DNA of 64,000 nucleotides, from sequence record PQ642266. One strand, given 5' to 3'. The notes under the pieces were generated by a model. That model was not told where the DNA came from and did no database searches. It saw nothing but the letters and a program-made list of their open reading frames with translations. Source of the DNA: Shigella phage SH-1. The position numbers were made by a program, and so were the translations under genes. This document shows positions 1 to 10,661 of this stretch, piece after piece (position 1 is the stretch's first letter; every line of letters starts with the position of its first letter).

Positions 1-918
1 TCAAAATTCATTAATGCTATTAGTTAATTTAGAAAGACCCGCTTTTACAAAATATGAATAAATTTTGCCACGCGGTGGTAATTTATATGAATTATAGTAA
101 TTCACAATGTTTGAAGCAATATTATCAGGAATATAATCAAAATCAATTAGAACTAAATTTTCTTTATATCGATTATATTCAGATTCGGTGAGAAGCACCT
201 TAGCTTGCTCACGGTCATTAGCAATAGCTTCAACAATAGAGGTTTTCATTGAAGGAGTTCGTTCGCCTTCAACTCTGGTAAACCAAAAGTCAGATCGTAC
301 TTTAACTGAAGCAACGTTATCCTTTTTATCGCCCTTAAGAATTTTAGTCATACAGTCAATTTCAGCAGAACCGCTTTTAATTTTAACCCATTTCTTGTGC
401 ATCGGTGACCATTGCTTAACATTTGGGTATTTGTGAAGTTGAGTAAAGTCACCATCCGACGAAATGATTAAAATTTTATGTCCTTCTAAAGAGAACTTTT
501 TAACAAGAACAGCAATATGGTCATCTGCTTCATACTTATCAATATCCATAACAATGTATGGCATATAAGCTTTCAATTCATCTATAACTTTATGACTGGA
601 TTCAAAATAACCTTCCCAATCCCAAGTAGATTCTTCTCGTGCTTTTCCACGGTTTTTCTTATAATAATAAGCGAAATCACGACGCCAGTATCCAGATTTC
701 GCGTTATCGATACACAGTACAATTTTAGTGTATCCAAGAGTTTTTGCTTTTTTGACATTAAACTTAATTGAGTTCAATATCAAATGACGAACCATTGATA
801 AATTAATTTTTTCTTTATCTGGGAAGTTTACCAGAGCAGTTGAAAGCGCAATTTGACTAAAGTCAATTAAGCAGATTCCTTCTTTGTAATCTTCATCCAG
901 CATCATTTCTAAATCCAT
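1..918 (-). CDS. rnh: RNase H (5'-3' exonuclease / flap endonuclease)
   Basis: Track ORF 1..933; translation matches T4 RNase H from MDLEMMLDEDYKEGICLIDF; ATG at 918 preceded by GAGG; stop at 1-3 so gene is complete. Confidence 0.9.
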   Translation of the reverse strand: MDLEMMLDEDYKEGICLIDFSQIALSTALVNFPDKEKINLSMVRHLILNSIKFNVKKAKTLGYTKIVLCIDNAKSGYWRRDFAYYYKKNRGKAREESTWDWEGYFESSHKVIDELKAYMPYIVMDIDKYEADDHIAVLVKKFSLEGHKILIISSDGDFTQLHKYPNVKQWSPMHKKWVKIKSGSAEIDCMTKILKGDKKDNVASVKVRSDFWFTRVEGERTPSMKTSIVEAIANDREQAKVLLTESEYNRYKENLVLIDFDYIPDNIASNIVNYYNSYKLPPRGKIYSYFVKAGLSKLTNSINEF

Positions 919-980
919 ATGAACCTCGTTCAATTAGTGAGATTTCTATTATATACCATCCAAATCTTAAAGTAAACAAG

Positions 981-988
981 TATAAATA
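981..988 (+). promoter_or_regulatory. T4-type late promoter (TATAAATA) for gene 34
   Basis: Exact TATAAATA about 35 nt upstream of gene 34 ATG. Confidence 0.7.
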
Positions 989-1022
989 CTTATTATTGAA
1001 AACACAATAGGAGCCCGGGAGA

Positions 1023-4000
1023 ATGGCCGAGATTAAAAGAAAGTTCAGAGCAGAAGACGGTCTGGACGCAGGTGGCGATAAAATAATCAACGTAGCTTTA
1101 GCTGATCGTACCGTAGGAACTGACGGTGTTAACGTTGATTACCTAATTCAAGAAAACACAGTTCAACAATACGATCCAACTCGTGGATATTTAAAAGATT
1201 TTGTAATCATTTATGATAACCGCTTTTGGGCTGCTATAAATGATATTCCAAAACCGGCAGGAACTTTTAATAGTGGACGCTGGAGAGCATTACGTACCGA
1301 TGCTAACTGGATTACAGTCTCATCTGGTTCATATCAATTAAAATCTGGTGAAGCTATTTCAGTTAACACCGCAGCTGGTAATGATATTACATTTACTTTG
1401 CCATCTACCCCAATTGATGGTGATACTATCGTTCTCCAAGATATTGGAGGAAAACCTGGAGTTAATCAAGTTTTAATTGTAGCTCCAGTGCAAAGTATTG
1501 TAAACTTCAGAGGCGAGCAAGTACGTTCAGTACTAATGACTCATCCAAAGTCGCAGTTAGTTTTAATTTTTAGTAATCGTCTGTGGCAAATGTATGTAGC
1601 TGATTATAGTAGAGAAGCTGTAGTTGTAACACCAGCGAATACTTATCAAGCGCAATCCAACGATTTTATCGTACGTAGATTTACTTCTGCTGCACCGATA
1701 AATATTAAACTTCCGAGATTTGCTAATCACGGCGATATTATTAATTTCGTCGATTTGGATAAATTAAATCCACTTTATCATACAATTGTTACTACATACG
1801 ATGAAACTACTTCAATACAAGAAGATGGAACTCATTCTATTGAAGGCCGTACATCGATTGACGGTTTCTTGATGTATGATGATAATGAAAAATTGTGGAG
1901 ATTGTTTGACGGGGATAATAAAGCACGTTTACGTATTATAACAACTAATTCAAATATTCGTCCAAATGAAGAAGTTATGGTATTTGGTGCGAATAACGGA
2001 ACAGCTCAGACAATTGAGCTTAAGCTTCCAACTAATATTTCTGTTGGTGATACTGTTAAAATTTCCATGAATTACATGAGAAAAGGGCAAACAGTTAAAA
2101 TCAAAGCTGCTGGTGAAGATAAAATTGCTTCTTCAGTTCAATTGCTGCAATTCCCAAAACGTTCAGAATATCCACCTGAAGCTGAATGGGTAACTGTTCA
2201 AGAATTAGTTTTTAACGGTGAAACTAATTATGTTCCAGTTTTAGAGCTTGCTTATATAGAAGATTCTGATGGAAAATATTGGGTTGTACAGCAAAACGTT
2301 CCAACCGTAGAAAGAGTTGATTCTTTAAATGATTCTACTAGAGCAAGATTAGGCGTAATTGCTTTAGCTACACAAGCTCAAGCTAACGTCGATTTAGAAA
2401 ATTCTCCACAAAAAGAATTAGCAATTACTCCAGAAACATTAGCTAATCGTACTGCTACAGAAACTCGCAGAGGTATCGCAAGAATAGCAACCACTGCCCA
2501 AGTGAATCAGAACACCACATTCTCTTTTGCTGATGATATTATCATCACTCCTAAAAAGCTAAATGAAAGAACTGCTACAGAAACTCGCAGAGGTGTTGCT
2601 GAAATTGCTACGCAACAGGAAACTAATGCAGGTACTGATGATACTACAATCATCACTCCTAAAAAGCTTCAAGCTCGTCAAGGTTCTGAATCATTATCTG
2701 GTATCGTAACTTTTGTATCTACCGCAGGAGCTACTCCAGCTTCTAGTCGTGAATTAAATGGTACAAACGTTTATAATAAAAACACTAATAATTTAGTTGT
2801 TTCGCCTAAAGCTCTGGATCAGTATAAAGCTACTCCAACACAGCAAGGTGCAGTAATTTTAGCAGTTGAAAGTGAAGTAATTGCTGGACAAAGCCAAGAA
2901 GGATGGGCAAATGCGGTTGTAACACCAGAAACGTTACATAAAAAGACATCAACTGATGGAAGAATTGGTTTAATTGAAATTGCTACGCAAAGTGAAGTTA
3001 ATACAGGAACTGATTATACTCGTGCAGTCACTCCTAAAACTTTAAATGACCGTATAGCAACTGAAAGTTTAAGTGGTATAGCTGAAATTGCTACACAAGT
3101 TGAATTCGACGCAGGCGTCGACGATACTCGTATCTCTACACCATTAAAAATTAAAACCAGATTTAATAGTACTGATCGTACTTCTGTTGTTGCTCTATCT
3201 GGATTAGTTGAATCAGGAACTCTCTGGGACCATTATACCCTTAATATTCTTGAAGCAAATGAGACACAGCGTGGTACACTTCGTGTAGCTACACAAGTTG
3301 AAGCTGCTGCAGGAACATTAGATAATGTTTTAATAACTCCTAAAAAGCTTTTAGGTACTAAATCTACTGAAGCACAGGAAGGTGTTATTAAAGTTGCAAC
3401 TCAGTCTGAAACTGTGACTGGAACGTCAGCAAATACTGCTGTATCTCCAAAAAATTTAAAATGGATTGTGCAGAGTGAACCTACTTGGGCAGCTACTACT
3501 GCGATAAGAGGCTTTGTTAAAACTTCATCTGGTTCAATTACATTCGTTGGTAATGATACAGTTGGTTCAACACAGTCGTTAGAATTATACGAGAAAAATA
3601 GCTATGCAGTATCACCATATGAATTAAACCGTGTACTCGCTAACTATTTGCCATTAAAAGCAAAAGCTGCTGACGCAAATTTATTAGATGGCCTAGATTC
3701 ATCTCAGTTCATTCGTAGGGACATTGCACAGACGGTTAATGGTTCACTAACCTTAACCCAACAAACGAATCTGAGTGCCCCTCTTGTATCATCTAGTACT
3801 GCTACGTTTGGCGGATCAGTTTCGGCAAACAGCACATTAACTATTTCTAATACTGGAACAGCAACTCGTCTGATTTTTGAGAAAGGACCTCAAACTGGAA
3901 CTAACCCAGCGCAGACGATGACTATCAGAGTTTGGGGAAATCAGTTTGGTGGCGGTTCAGATACAACACGTTCTACTGTATTTGAAGTTGGTGATGAAAC

Positions 4001-4892
4001 GTCTAATCACTTTTATTCTCAACGCAATAAAGCTGGGAATATAACGTTTAGTATCAATGGTACTGTAATGCCAATAAATGTCAATGCTTCGGGTTCTTTG
4101 AACGCGGGCGGCGTTGCAACATTTGGTAGTTCAGTTACTGCTAATGGTGAATTCATCAGCAAGTCTGCAAATGCTTTCAGAGCAATAAATGGCGACTATG
4201 GATTCTTTATTCGTAATGATGCTGCTAACACCTATTTTATGCTTACTGCATCGGGTGATCAGACTGGCGGATTTAATGGATTACGTCCTTTAGCTATTAA
4301 TAATGCATCTGGTCAAGTAACGATTGGTGAAAGCTTAATCATTGCCAAAGGTGCTACTATAAATTCAGGTGGTTTAACTGTTAACTCGAGAATTCGTTCT
4401 CAGGGTACTAAAACCGCTGATTTATACACCCGTGCACCGACATCTGATACTGTAGGATTCTGGTCAATCGATATTAATGATTCAGCTACTTATAACCAGT
4501 TCCCAGGTTATTTTAAAATGGTTGAAAAAACTAATGAAGTGACTGGACTTCCATACTTAGAACGTGGCGAAGAAGTTAAATCTCCTGGTACATTGACTCA
4601 GTTTGGTAACACACTTGATTCGCTTTACCAAGATTGGATTACTTATCCAACGACTCCAGAAGCACGTACCACTCGCTGGACCCGTACATGGCAGAAAACC
4701 AAAAACTCTTGGTCGAGTTTTGTTCAGGTATTTGATGGAGGTAACCCTCCTCAGCCGTCTGATATCGGTGCTTTGCCATCTGATAATGCTACAATGGGGA
4801 ATCTTACTATTCGTGATTTCTTACGAATTGGTAATGTTCGCATTATTCCTGACCCAGTGAATAAATCTGTTAAATTTGAATGGATTGAATAA
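1023..4892 (+). CDS. 34: long tail fibre proximal subunit gp34
   Basis: 1289 aa ORF, near-identical along its length to T4 gp34 (MAEIKR.FRAEDGLDAGGDKIINVALADRTVGTDGVNVDYLIQ...); GGAG upstream of ATG. Confidence 0.95.
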   Translation: MAEIKRKFRAEDGLDAGGDKIINVALADRTVGTDGVNVDYLIQENTVQQYDPTRGYLKDFVIIYDNRFWAAINDIPKPAGTFNSGRWRALRTDANWITVSSGSYQLKSGEAISVNTAAGNDITFTLPSTPIDGDTIVLQDIGGKPGVNQVLIVAPVQSIVNFRGEQVRSVLMTHPKSQLVLIFSNRLWQMYVADYSREAVVVTPANTYQAQSNDFIVRRFTSAAPINIKLPRFANHGDIINFVDLDKLNPLYHTIVTTYDETTSIQEDGTHSIEGRTSIDGFLMYDDNEKLWRLFDGDNKARLRIITTNSNIRPNEEVMVFGANNGTAQTIELKLPTNISVGDTVKISMNYMRKGQTVKIKAAGEDKIASSVQLLQFPKRSEYPPEAEWVTVQELVFNGETNYVPVLELAYIEDSDGKYWVVQQNVPTVERVDSLNDSTRARLGVIALATQAQANVDLENSPQKELAITPETLANRTATETRRGIARIATTAQVNQNTTFSFADDIIITPKKLNERTATETRRGVAEIATQQETNAGTDDTTIITPKKLQARQGSESLSGIVTFVSTAGATPASSRELNGTNVYNKNTNNLVVSPKALDQYKATPTQQGAVILAVESEVIAGQSQEGWANAVVTPETLHKKTSTDGRIGLIEIATQSEVNTGTDYTRAVTPKTLNDRIATESLSGIAEIATQVEFDAGVDDTRISTPLKIKTRFNSTDRTSVVALSGLVESGTLWDHYTLNILEANETQRGTLRVATQVEAAAGTLDNVLITPKKLLGTKSTEAQEGVIKVATQSETVTGTSANTAVSPKNLKWIVQSEPTWAATTAIRGFVKTSSGSITFVGNDTVGSTQSLELYEKNSYAVSPYELNRVLANYLPLKAKAADANLLDGLDSSQFIRRDIAQTVNGSLTLTQQTNLSAPLVSSSTATFGGSVSANSTLTISNTGTATRLIFEKGPQTGTNPAQTMTIRVWGNQFGGGSDTTRSTVFEVGDETSNHFYSQRNKAGNITFSINGTVMPINVNASGSLNAGGVATFGSSVTANGEFISKSANAFRAINGDYGFFIRNDAANTYFMLTASGDQTGGFNGLRPLAINNASGQVTIGESLIIAKGATINSGGLTVNSRIRSQGTKTADLYTRAPTSDTVGFWSIDINDSATYNQFPGYFKMVEKTNEVTGLPYLERGEEVKSPGTLTQFGNTLDSLYQDWITYPTTPEARTTRWTRTWQKTKNSWSSFVQVFDGGNPPQPSDIGALPSDNATMGNLTIRDFLRIGNVRIIPDPVNKSVKFEWIE

Positions 4893-4900
4893 GAGGTATT

Positions 4901-6016
4901 ATGGAAAAATTTATGGCAGAGTTTGGACAAGGATATGTCCAAACGCCATTTTTATCGGAAAGTAATTCAGTAAGATATAAAATAAGTATAGCGGGTTCTT
5001 GCCCGCTTTCTACCGCAGGACCATACGTTAAATTTCAAGATAATCCTGTTGGAAGTCAAACATTTAGCGCAGGACTTCATTTAAGAGTTTTTGACCCTTC
5101 CACCGGAGCATTAGTTGATAGTAAGTCATATGCTTTTTCTACTTCAAATGATACTACATCAGCTGCTTTTGTTAGTTTCATGAATTCTTTGGCGAATAAT
5201 AGACTTGTTGCTATATTAACTAACGGAAAGGTTAATTTTCCTCCTGAAGTAGTATCTTGGCTAAGAACCGCAGGAACGTCTGCTTTTCCATCTGATTCTG
5301 TATTGTCAAGATTTGACGTATCATATGCTGCTTTTTACACTTCTTCTAAAAGAGCTATTGCATTAGAGCATGTTAAATTAAGTAATAGAAAAAGCACAGA
5401 TGATTATCAAACTATTTTAGATGTTGTATTTGACAGTTTAGAAGACGTTGGAGCTACCGGATTTCCAAGAAGAACGTATGAAAGCGTTGATCAATTTATG
5501 TCGGCAGTTGGCGGAACTAATAATGAAATTGCGCGATTGCCAACTTCAGCTGCCATAAGTAAATTATCTGACTATAATTTAATTCCTGGTGATGTTCTTT
5601 ATCTTAAAGCTCAGTTATATGCTGATGCCGATTTACTTGCGCTTGGAACTACAAATATATCTATCCGTTTTTATAATGCATCGAATGGATATATTTCCTC
5701 GACACAAGCTGAGTTTACTGGGCAAGCTGGGTCTTGGGAATTAAAAGAAGATTATGTAGTTGTTCCAGAAAATGCAGTAGGATTTACGATATATGCACAA
5801 AGAACAGCACAAGCTGGTCAAGGTGGCATGAGAAATTTAAGCTTTTCTGAAGTGTCAAGAAATGGAGGTATTTCGAAACCTGCTGAATTTGGCGTCAACG
5901 GTATTCGAGTTAATTATATCTGTGAATCTGCTTCACCTCCTGATATAATGGTACTTCCTACACAAGCATCGTCTAAAACTGGTAAAGTGTTTGGGCAAGA
6001 ATTTAGAGAAGTTTAA
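4901..6016 (+). CDS. 35: long tail fibre hinge connector gp35
   Basis: 371 aa; matches T4 gp35 (MEKFMAEFGQGYVQTPFLSESNSVRYKISIAGSCPLSTAG...). Confidence 0.9.
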   Translation: MEKFMAEFGQGYVQTPFLSESNSVRYKISIAGSCPLSTAGPYVKFQDNPVGSQTFSAGLHLRVFDPSTGALVDSKSYAFSTSNDTTSAAFVSFMNSLANNRLVAILTNGKVNFPPEVVSWLRTAGTSAFPSDSVLSRFDVSYAAFYTSSKRAIALEHVKLSNRKSTDDYQTILDVVFDSLEDVGATGFPRRTYESVDQFMSAVGGTNNEIARLPTSAAISKLSDYNLIPGDVLYLKAQLYADADLLALGTTNISIRFYNASNGYISSTQAEFTGQAGSWELKEDYVVVPENAVGFTIYAQRTAQAGQGGMRNLSFSEVSRNGGISKPAEFGVNGIRVNYICESASPPDIMVLPTQASSKTGKVFGQEFREV

Positions 6017-6021
6017 ACTGA

Positions 6022-6049
6022 GGGAGCCTTCGGGTTCCCTTTTTCTTTA
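6022..6049 (+). terminator. intrinsic terminator after gene 35
   Basis: GGGAGCC-TTCG-GGTTCCC hairpin followed by TTTTTCTTT. Confidence 0.6.
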
Positions 6050-6055
6050 TAAATA
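6048..6055 (+). promoter_or_regulatory. T4-type late promoter (TATAAATA) for gene 36
   Basis: Exact TATAAATA about 24 nt upstream of gene 36 ATG, immediately after the terminator. Confidence 0.7.
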
Positions 6056-6078
6056 CTATTAAAATAAAGGGGCATACA

Positions 6079-6744
6079 ATGGCTGATTTAAAAGTAGGTT
6101 CAACAACTGGAGGCTCTGTCATTTGGCATCAAGGAAATTTTCCATTGAATCCAGCCGGTGACGATGTACTCTATAAATCATTTAAAATATATTCAGAATA
6201 CAATAAACCACAAGCTGCAGATAACGATTTCGTTTCTAAAGCTAATGGTGGTACTTATGCATCAAAGGTAACATTTAACGGTGGTGTTCAAGTCCCATAT
6301 GCTGTAAACAATACAAACCCATGCGGTATTTATCCAGGTAATGGCGATGCAGCTACTTTTGCTACAGCAAATATTGATATTGTTTCATGGTATGGTATTG
6401 GTTTTAAATCATCACAAGGTTCAGCAGCCCGAACTGTTGTAATTAATACGCGTAATGGTGATATTAATACAAAAGGTGTTGTGTCGGCAGCTGGTCAAGT
6501 AAGAAGTGATGCGACTGCTCCTATAGCAGCGAATGACCTTACTAGAAAAGACTATGTTGATGGAGCAATAAATACTGTTACGGCAAATGCGAACTCTAGA
6601 GTGTTACGATCTGGTGATACTATGATTGGAAACTTAACCGCACCAAACTTTTTCTCACAGAATCCTGCATCTCAACCTTCACACGTTCCACGATTTGACC
6701 AAATCGTAATTAAGGATTCTGTTCAAGATTTCGGCTATTATTAA
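6079..6744 (+). CDS. 36: long tail fibre distal connector gp36
   Basis: 221 aa, same length and position as T4 gp36. Confidence 0.9.
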   Translation: MADLKVGSTTGGSVIWHQGNFPLNPAGDDVLYKSFKIYSEYNKPQAADNDFVSKANGGTYASKVTFNGGVQVPYAVNNTNPCGIYPGNGDAATFATANIDIVSWYGIGFKSSQGSAARTVVINTRNGDINTKGVVSAAGQVRSDATAPIAANDLTRKDYVDGAINTVTANANSRVLRSGDTMIGNLTAPNFFSQNPASQPSHVPRFDQIVIKDSVQDFGYY

Positions 6745-6752
6745 GAGGACTT

Positions 6753-9700
6753 ATGGCTACTTTAAAACAAATACAATTTAAAAGAAGCAAAACCGCAGGT
6801 GCACGTCCTGCTGCTTCAGTATTAGCCGAAGGCGAATTGGCTATAAACTTAAAAGATAGAACAATTTTTACTAAAGATGATTCAGGAAATATCATTGATT
6901 TAAGCATTTCCGCTGGCGGTAATATCAGTGGAAATATCACTCAAACTGGAGATTATTTACAGAACGGTACATATAATCTCAATGGAAATCAGTTTGTTTA
7001 TGCAGGAAAATATATTGAATTTTTACCTAAAACAGCTGGTAATGGTGCATGGGCAAATCAACACCTAAATAAAGCTCCTATCTTTACAGATTTGAGCTCA
7101 ACTACTTCCGTTTCAGAATATCATCCGCTGATTAAACAACGCTATAAAGATGGAACTTTTTCTGTTGGTACGTTAGTAAACGAAGGAAGTTTTAAAATTC
7201 ATTATATCAACGAATCGGGAACTTCAAAATACTGGACATTTCGTAGAGATGGCGGATTTGTTGTTGATACAGGAAGTTTGACAGTAACAGATGGAAATAT
7301 TTCTGCTTCTGGTAATATTAATTCGGCTACTGGGGTAGTTTCTGCTCCGCAAATCAATACAAAGACTATAGTATTTGACACAAAAGCATTTGGACAATAC
7401 GATTCACAATCATTAGTTCAATATGTTTACCCTGGAACTGGTGAAACAAACGGAATCAATTACCTTCGCAAATTCCGTGCAAAATCTGGTGGTACAATTT
7501 ATCATGAATTAGCTTCTGCACAAACCGGAAAAAGTGATGAACTTTCTTGGTGGACTGGTAATACAGCGGTTAATAAACAAATGGGCCTTCGCAATGATGG
7601 TTCTTTAGTATTACGACGTTCACTTGCAATTGGTACAATTACAACAGATGAAAACATCAATAACTACGGCTCCACTGGAGCAATGGGTGAATGCTATATA
7701 GTAATTGGAGACGCCGCAACAGGTGTATCATATAAAAGATCTGGTGTATACGATTTAGTTGCTAACGGTCTTTCTATAGCATCTATTACTCCTGACAGTT
7801 TCCGTAGTACTCGTAAAGCGTTATTTGGGCGTTCAGAAGACCAAGGCGGAACGTGGATTATGCCTGGAACGAATGCTGCATTTTTATCAGTTCAAACACA
7901 GGCTGATGAAAACGCTGCTGGAGACGGCCAGACACATATTGGCTATAACTCAGGCGGAAAAATGAACCACTATTTCCGTGGTAAAGGCAAAACTAATATT
8001 AATACTCAAGAAGGCATGGAAGTTAACCCGGGTATTCTTAAAATAGTAACCGGTGCAAATAATGTAATGTTTTATGCTGATGGCGGTATTACATCCACTA
8101 AGCAGCTTTCAATATATAATGGTGTATATTTAGCAGCTAATAATTCTACTGCTGGGCTAACATTCGCTCCAACTACTACAATTGATGGCACTAAGCAAAT
8201 TTTGTGGGAAGGCGGTACTCGTGCTGGACAGAATAAAAGCTATGTAACTGTTAAAGCGTGGGGTAATTCATTTAACGCATCTGGCGATCGTAATCGTGAA
8301 ACGGTTTTTGAAGTAGCTGACGGACAAGGTTATTATTTTTATGCGCAGCGTGTAGCTCCTGCATCAGGTTCAACAACTGGAGTAATTCAATTTAGAATTG
8401 CTGGAGCATTATTAACCGGTGGGGGTATTACATCATCAGGTTCTATTGTTACTGAGTCAAGTTTAGTTGCAAATAATGGATTGTCTGTAAATGGACAAGC
8501 TAAATTTGGTGGAACAGCAGATGCATTAAGAATTTGGAATGCTGAATACGGTGCTATTTTCCGCCGTTCGGAAACTAACTTTTATATTATTCCAACTTTA
8601 CAAAATGCCGGAGAATCGGGCGGTATAAGTAATTTACGCCCATTTACCATCAATCTCGCAAATGGTAGTGTTATGATGGGCAATCATACACAAGCCGGAA
8701 AAAATTTGCTTACTATTGATAACGTATCAAAATTCGTTCAAACCGATGTTAGACTTCGAGTTAATATGGATTCTGACGCTATTGTGGTAAATGCTTCATC
8801 TCAAGCTGCATCTAACTTTATTCAAGGACGTAAGGCTGATGTTACAAAATGGTATTTAGGTATTGGCGATGGTGGAAACGTCGTTCGTATGCATAATTAC
8901 ACCTACTCTCACGGTATTGCATTAAACTCTGATACTGTCGATATTACTAAGCCTCTTAAAATTAATGATATTCGAATTGGTACAGATGGTAACATCACAG
9001 GTGGTACTGGTAATTTTGCTAACTTAAATACAACGTTAAATCGTAAAACCAACGTGGGCGGTTGGGCTGGTAGTTCTGTTGACGGATGGTATAAATTTGC
9101 TACGGTAACAATTCCTCAGGGTACTGGTACAGTGACTTTTAAGATTTCCGGCGGCGCTGGTTTTAATTTTAAAAGCTATAGCCAAGCTTCTGTTGCAGAA
9201 ATAGTTCTTCGCACGGGTAATAATAATCCTAAAGGCATAAACGCTGTACTGTGGAATAGGTCAGACCTGAGTTTTAATCAGATAGCTACTATGAATACAT
9301 CTGGCGATACTTATGATGTATACGTGTTCTGTGCCGGTTATACAAATGCGTTAGTGGTTGAATATTCCTGTAGTGAAAACTCTTCGGTAACCGTAGTCGG
9401 TCTTAACGGAGGCATTCAGCCAGTTGTTGACACATTGCCTGAGGGACATGTTGTAGGTAAAACAGTTCGTCTGTTAAATAATATTGGCGGAACTTTTGCA
9501 GCTGGAGAATCTAACATTGTTACTCGCGGTGAATACGTTACTGATAATCAAAAAGGCATGCGTATTAAATCTAACGGTAATAATATAGGTTCTAATGCAG
9601 CTTTAATTAGAAATGATGGCGGAAGTTTTTATATTTTAGCTACAGATAAAAATACGGAAGAAAAACCCGATGCAGCTAATGGTGATTGGAATGGCTTAAG

Positions 9701-10631
9701 ACCTTTCTCTATTAATATGACTGATGGCCGCGTTGGTATGAATCACGGGTTGAATATTACTGGCGGTGGATTAAACGTTACTGGTGGTAATACTAACTTA
9801 GGTAATATCTCGTCTCGTTTGGTTTCATACGCTCGCGCGCCATCTGGATGGGGAGATACCTCAGATACCATGAAATCTAAAATCACCTTTATGGCAGACC
9901 ACGGTGATTTATCTAATTCAGGTAGTTATTATCCTATTGTCGGTGCATGGAGTAATTATGGCTCAGCAGGTTATCGTCAGACCTTTGAGTTCGGATGGGT
10001 TGGCTCTGGCAGAAGAGCGGGTTGGCGTGATGGTATTATTCGTATACGCGGCGACAATGCTAACGGCCAGCAAGCAAGATGGCGCTTTACAATGGACGGT
10101 ACTCTAGACTGCCCTGGTAAAGTACTGCTACCACAAACAGGTGCCTTTGGTGTCAATACATCAAATGGTCTCGGTGGAAATAGTATAACATTTGGTGATA
10201 ACGATACTGGTATTAAGCAAAATGGTGATGGATTATTAGACATATATGCGAACAGCGTACAAGTATTCCGTTTCCAAAACGGTGATTTGTACTCATACAA
10301 AAATATAAACGCTCCAAACGTTTATATTCGTTCTGATATTCGTTTAAAATCCAACTTTAAACCTATCGAAAATGCACTTGATAAAGTTGAAAAACTTAAC
10401 GGTGTCATTTATGATAAAGCTGAATACATCGGTGGAGAGGCAATTGAAACTGAAGCGGGTATTGTGGCTCAAACGCTGCAAGACGTTTTACCAGAAGCTG
10501 TCCGTGAAACAGAAGACAGCAAGGGTAATAAAATACTCACTGTTTCTTCTCAAGCCCAGATTGCTCTTCTAGTTGAAGCTGTGAAAACACTTTCTTCTCG
10601 TGTAAAAGAACTTGAATCTAAACTTATGTAA
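6753..10631 (+). CDS. 37: long tail fibre distal subunit gp37 with C-terminal chaperone-like domain
   Basis: 1292 aa; position after gene 36; longer than T4 gp37 (about 1026 aa); C-terminal about 110 aa helical segment (..LDKVEKLNGVIYDKAEYIGGE...VKTLSSRVKELESKLM) resembles intramolecular chaperone domains. Confidence 0.9.
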   Translation: MATLKQIQFKRSKTAGARPAASVLAEGELAINLKDRTIFTKDDSGNIIDLSISAGGNISGNITQTGDYLQNGTYNLNGNQFVYAGKYIEFLPKTAGNGAWANQHLNKAPIFTDLSSTTSVSEYHPLIKQRYKDGTFSVGTLVNEGSFKIHYINESGTSKYWTFRRDGGFVVDTGSLTVTDGNISASGNINSATGVVSAPQINTKTIVFDTKAFGQYDSQSLVQYVYPGTGETNGINYLRKFRAKSGGTIYHELASAQTGKSDELSWWTGNTAVNKQMGLRNDGSLVLRRSLAIGTITTDENINNYGSTGAMGECYIVIGDAATGVSYKRSGVYDLVANGLSIASITPDSFRSTRKALFGRSEDQGGTWIMPGTNAAFLSVQTQADENAAGDGQTHIGYNSGGKMNHYFRGKGKTNINTQEGMEVNPGILKIVTGANNVMFYADGGITSTKQLSIYNGVYLAANNSTAGLTFAPTTTIDGTKQILWEGGTRAGQNKSYVTVKAWGNSFNASGDRNRETVFEVADGQGYYFYAQRVAPASGSTTGVIQFRIAGALLTGGGITSSGSIVTESSLVANNGLSVNGQAKFGGTADALRIWNAEYGAIFRRSETNFYIIPTLQNAGESGGISNLRPFTINLANGSVMMGNHTQAGKNLLTIDNVSKFVQTDVRLRVNMDSDAIVVNASSQAASNFIQGRKADVTKWYLGIGDGGNVVRMHNYTYSHGIALNSDTVDITKPLKINDIRIGTDGNITGGTGNFANLNTTLNRKTNVGGWAGSSVDGWYKFATVTIPQGTGTVTFKISGGAGFNFKSYSQASVAEIVLRTGNNNPKGINAVLWNRSDLSFNQIATMNTSGDTYDVYVFCAGYTNALVVEYSCSENSSVTVVGLNGGIQPVVDTLPEGHVVGKTVRLLNNIGGTFAAGESNIVTRGEYVTDNQKGMRIKSNGNNIGSNAALIRNDGGSFYILATDKNTEEKPDAANGDWNGLRPFSINMTDGRVGMNHGLNITGGGLNVTGGNTNLGNISSRLVSYARAPSGWGDTSDTMKSKITFMADHGDLSNSGSYYPIVGAWSNYGSAGYRQTFEFGWVGSGRRAGWRDGIIRIRGDNANGQQARWRFTMDGTLDCPGKVLLPQTGAFGVNTSNGLGGNSITFGDNDTGIKQNGDGLLDIYANSVQVFRFQNGDLYSYKNINAPNVYIRSDIRLKSNFKPIENALDKVEKLNGVIYDKAEYIGGEAIETEAGIVAQTLQDVLPEAVRETEDSKGNKILTVSSQAQIALLVEAVKTLSSRVKELESKLM

Positions 10632-10632
10632 A

Positions 10633-10660
10633 AGAGGGCTTCGGCCCTCTAAGGATTTTT
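10633..10660 (+). terminator. stem-loop / weak terminator after gene 37
   Basis: AGAGGGC-TTCG-GCCCTCT hairpin then TTTTT a few nt downstream. Confidence 0.45.
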
Positions 10661-10661
10661 A

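Noticed and set aside
9904-10300. Short ORFs on both strands inside gene 37
   Set aside because: Embedded in a long, well-supported tail fibre gene; no start signals.
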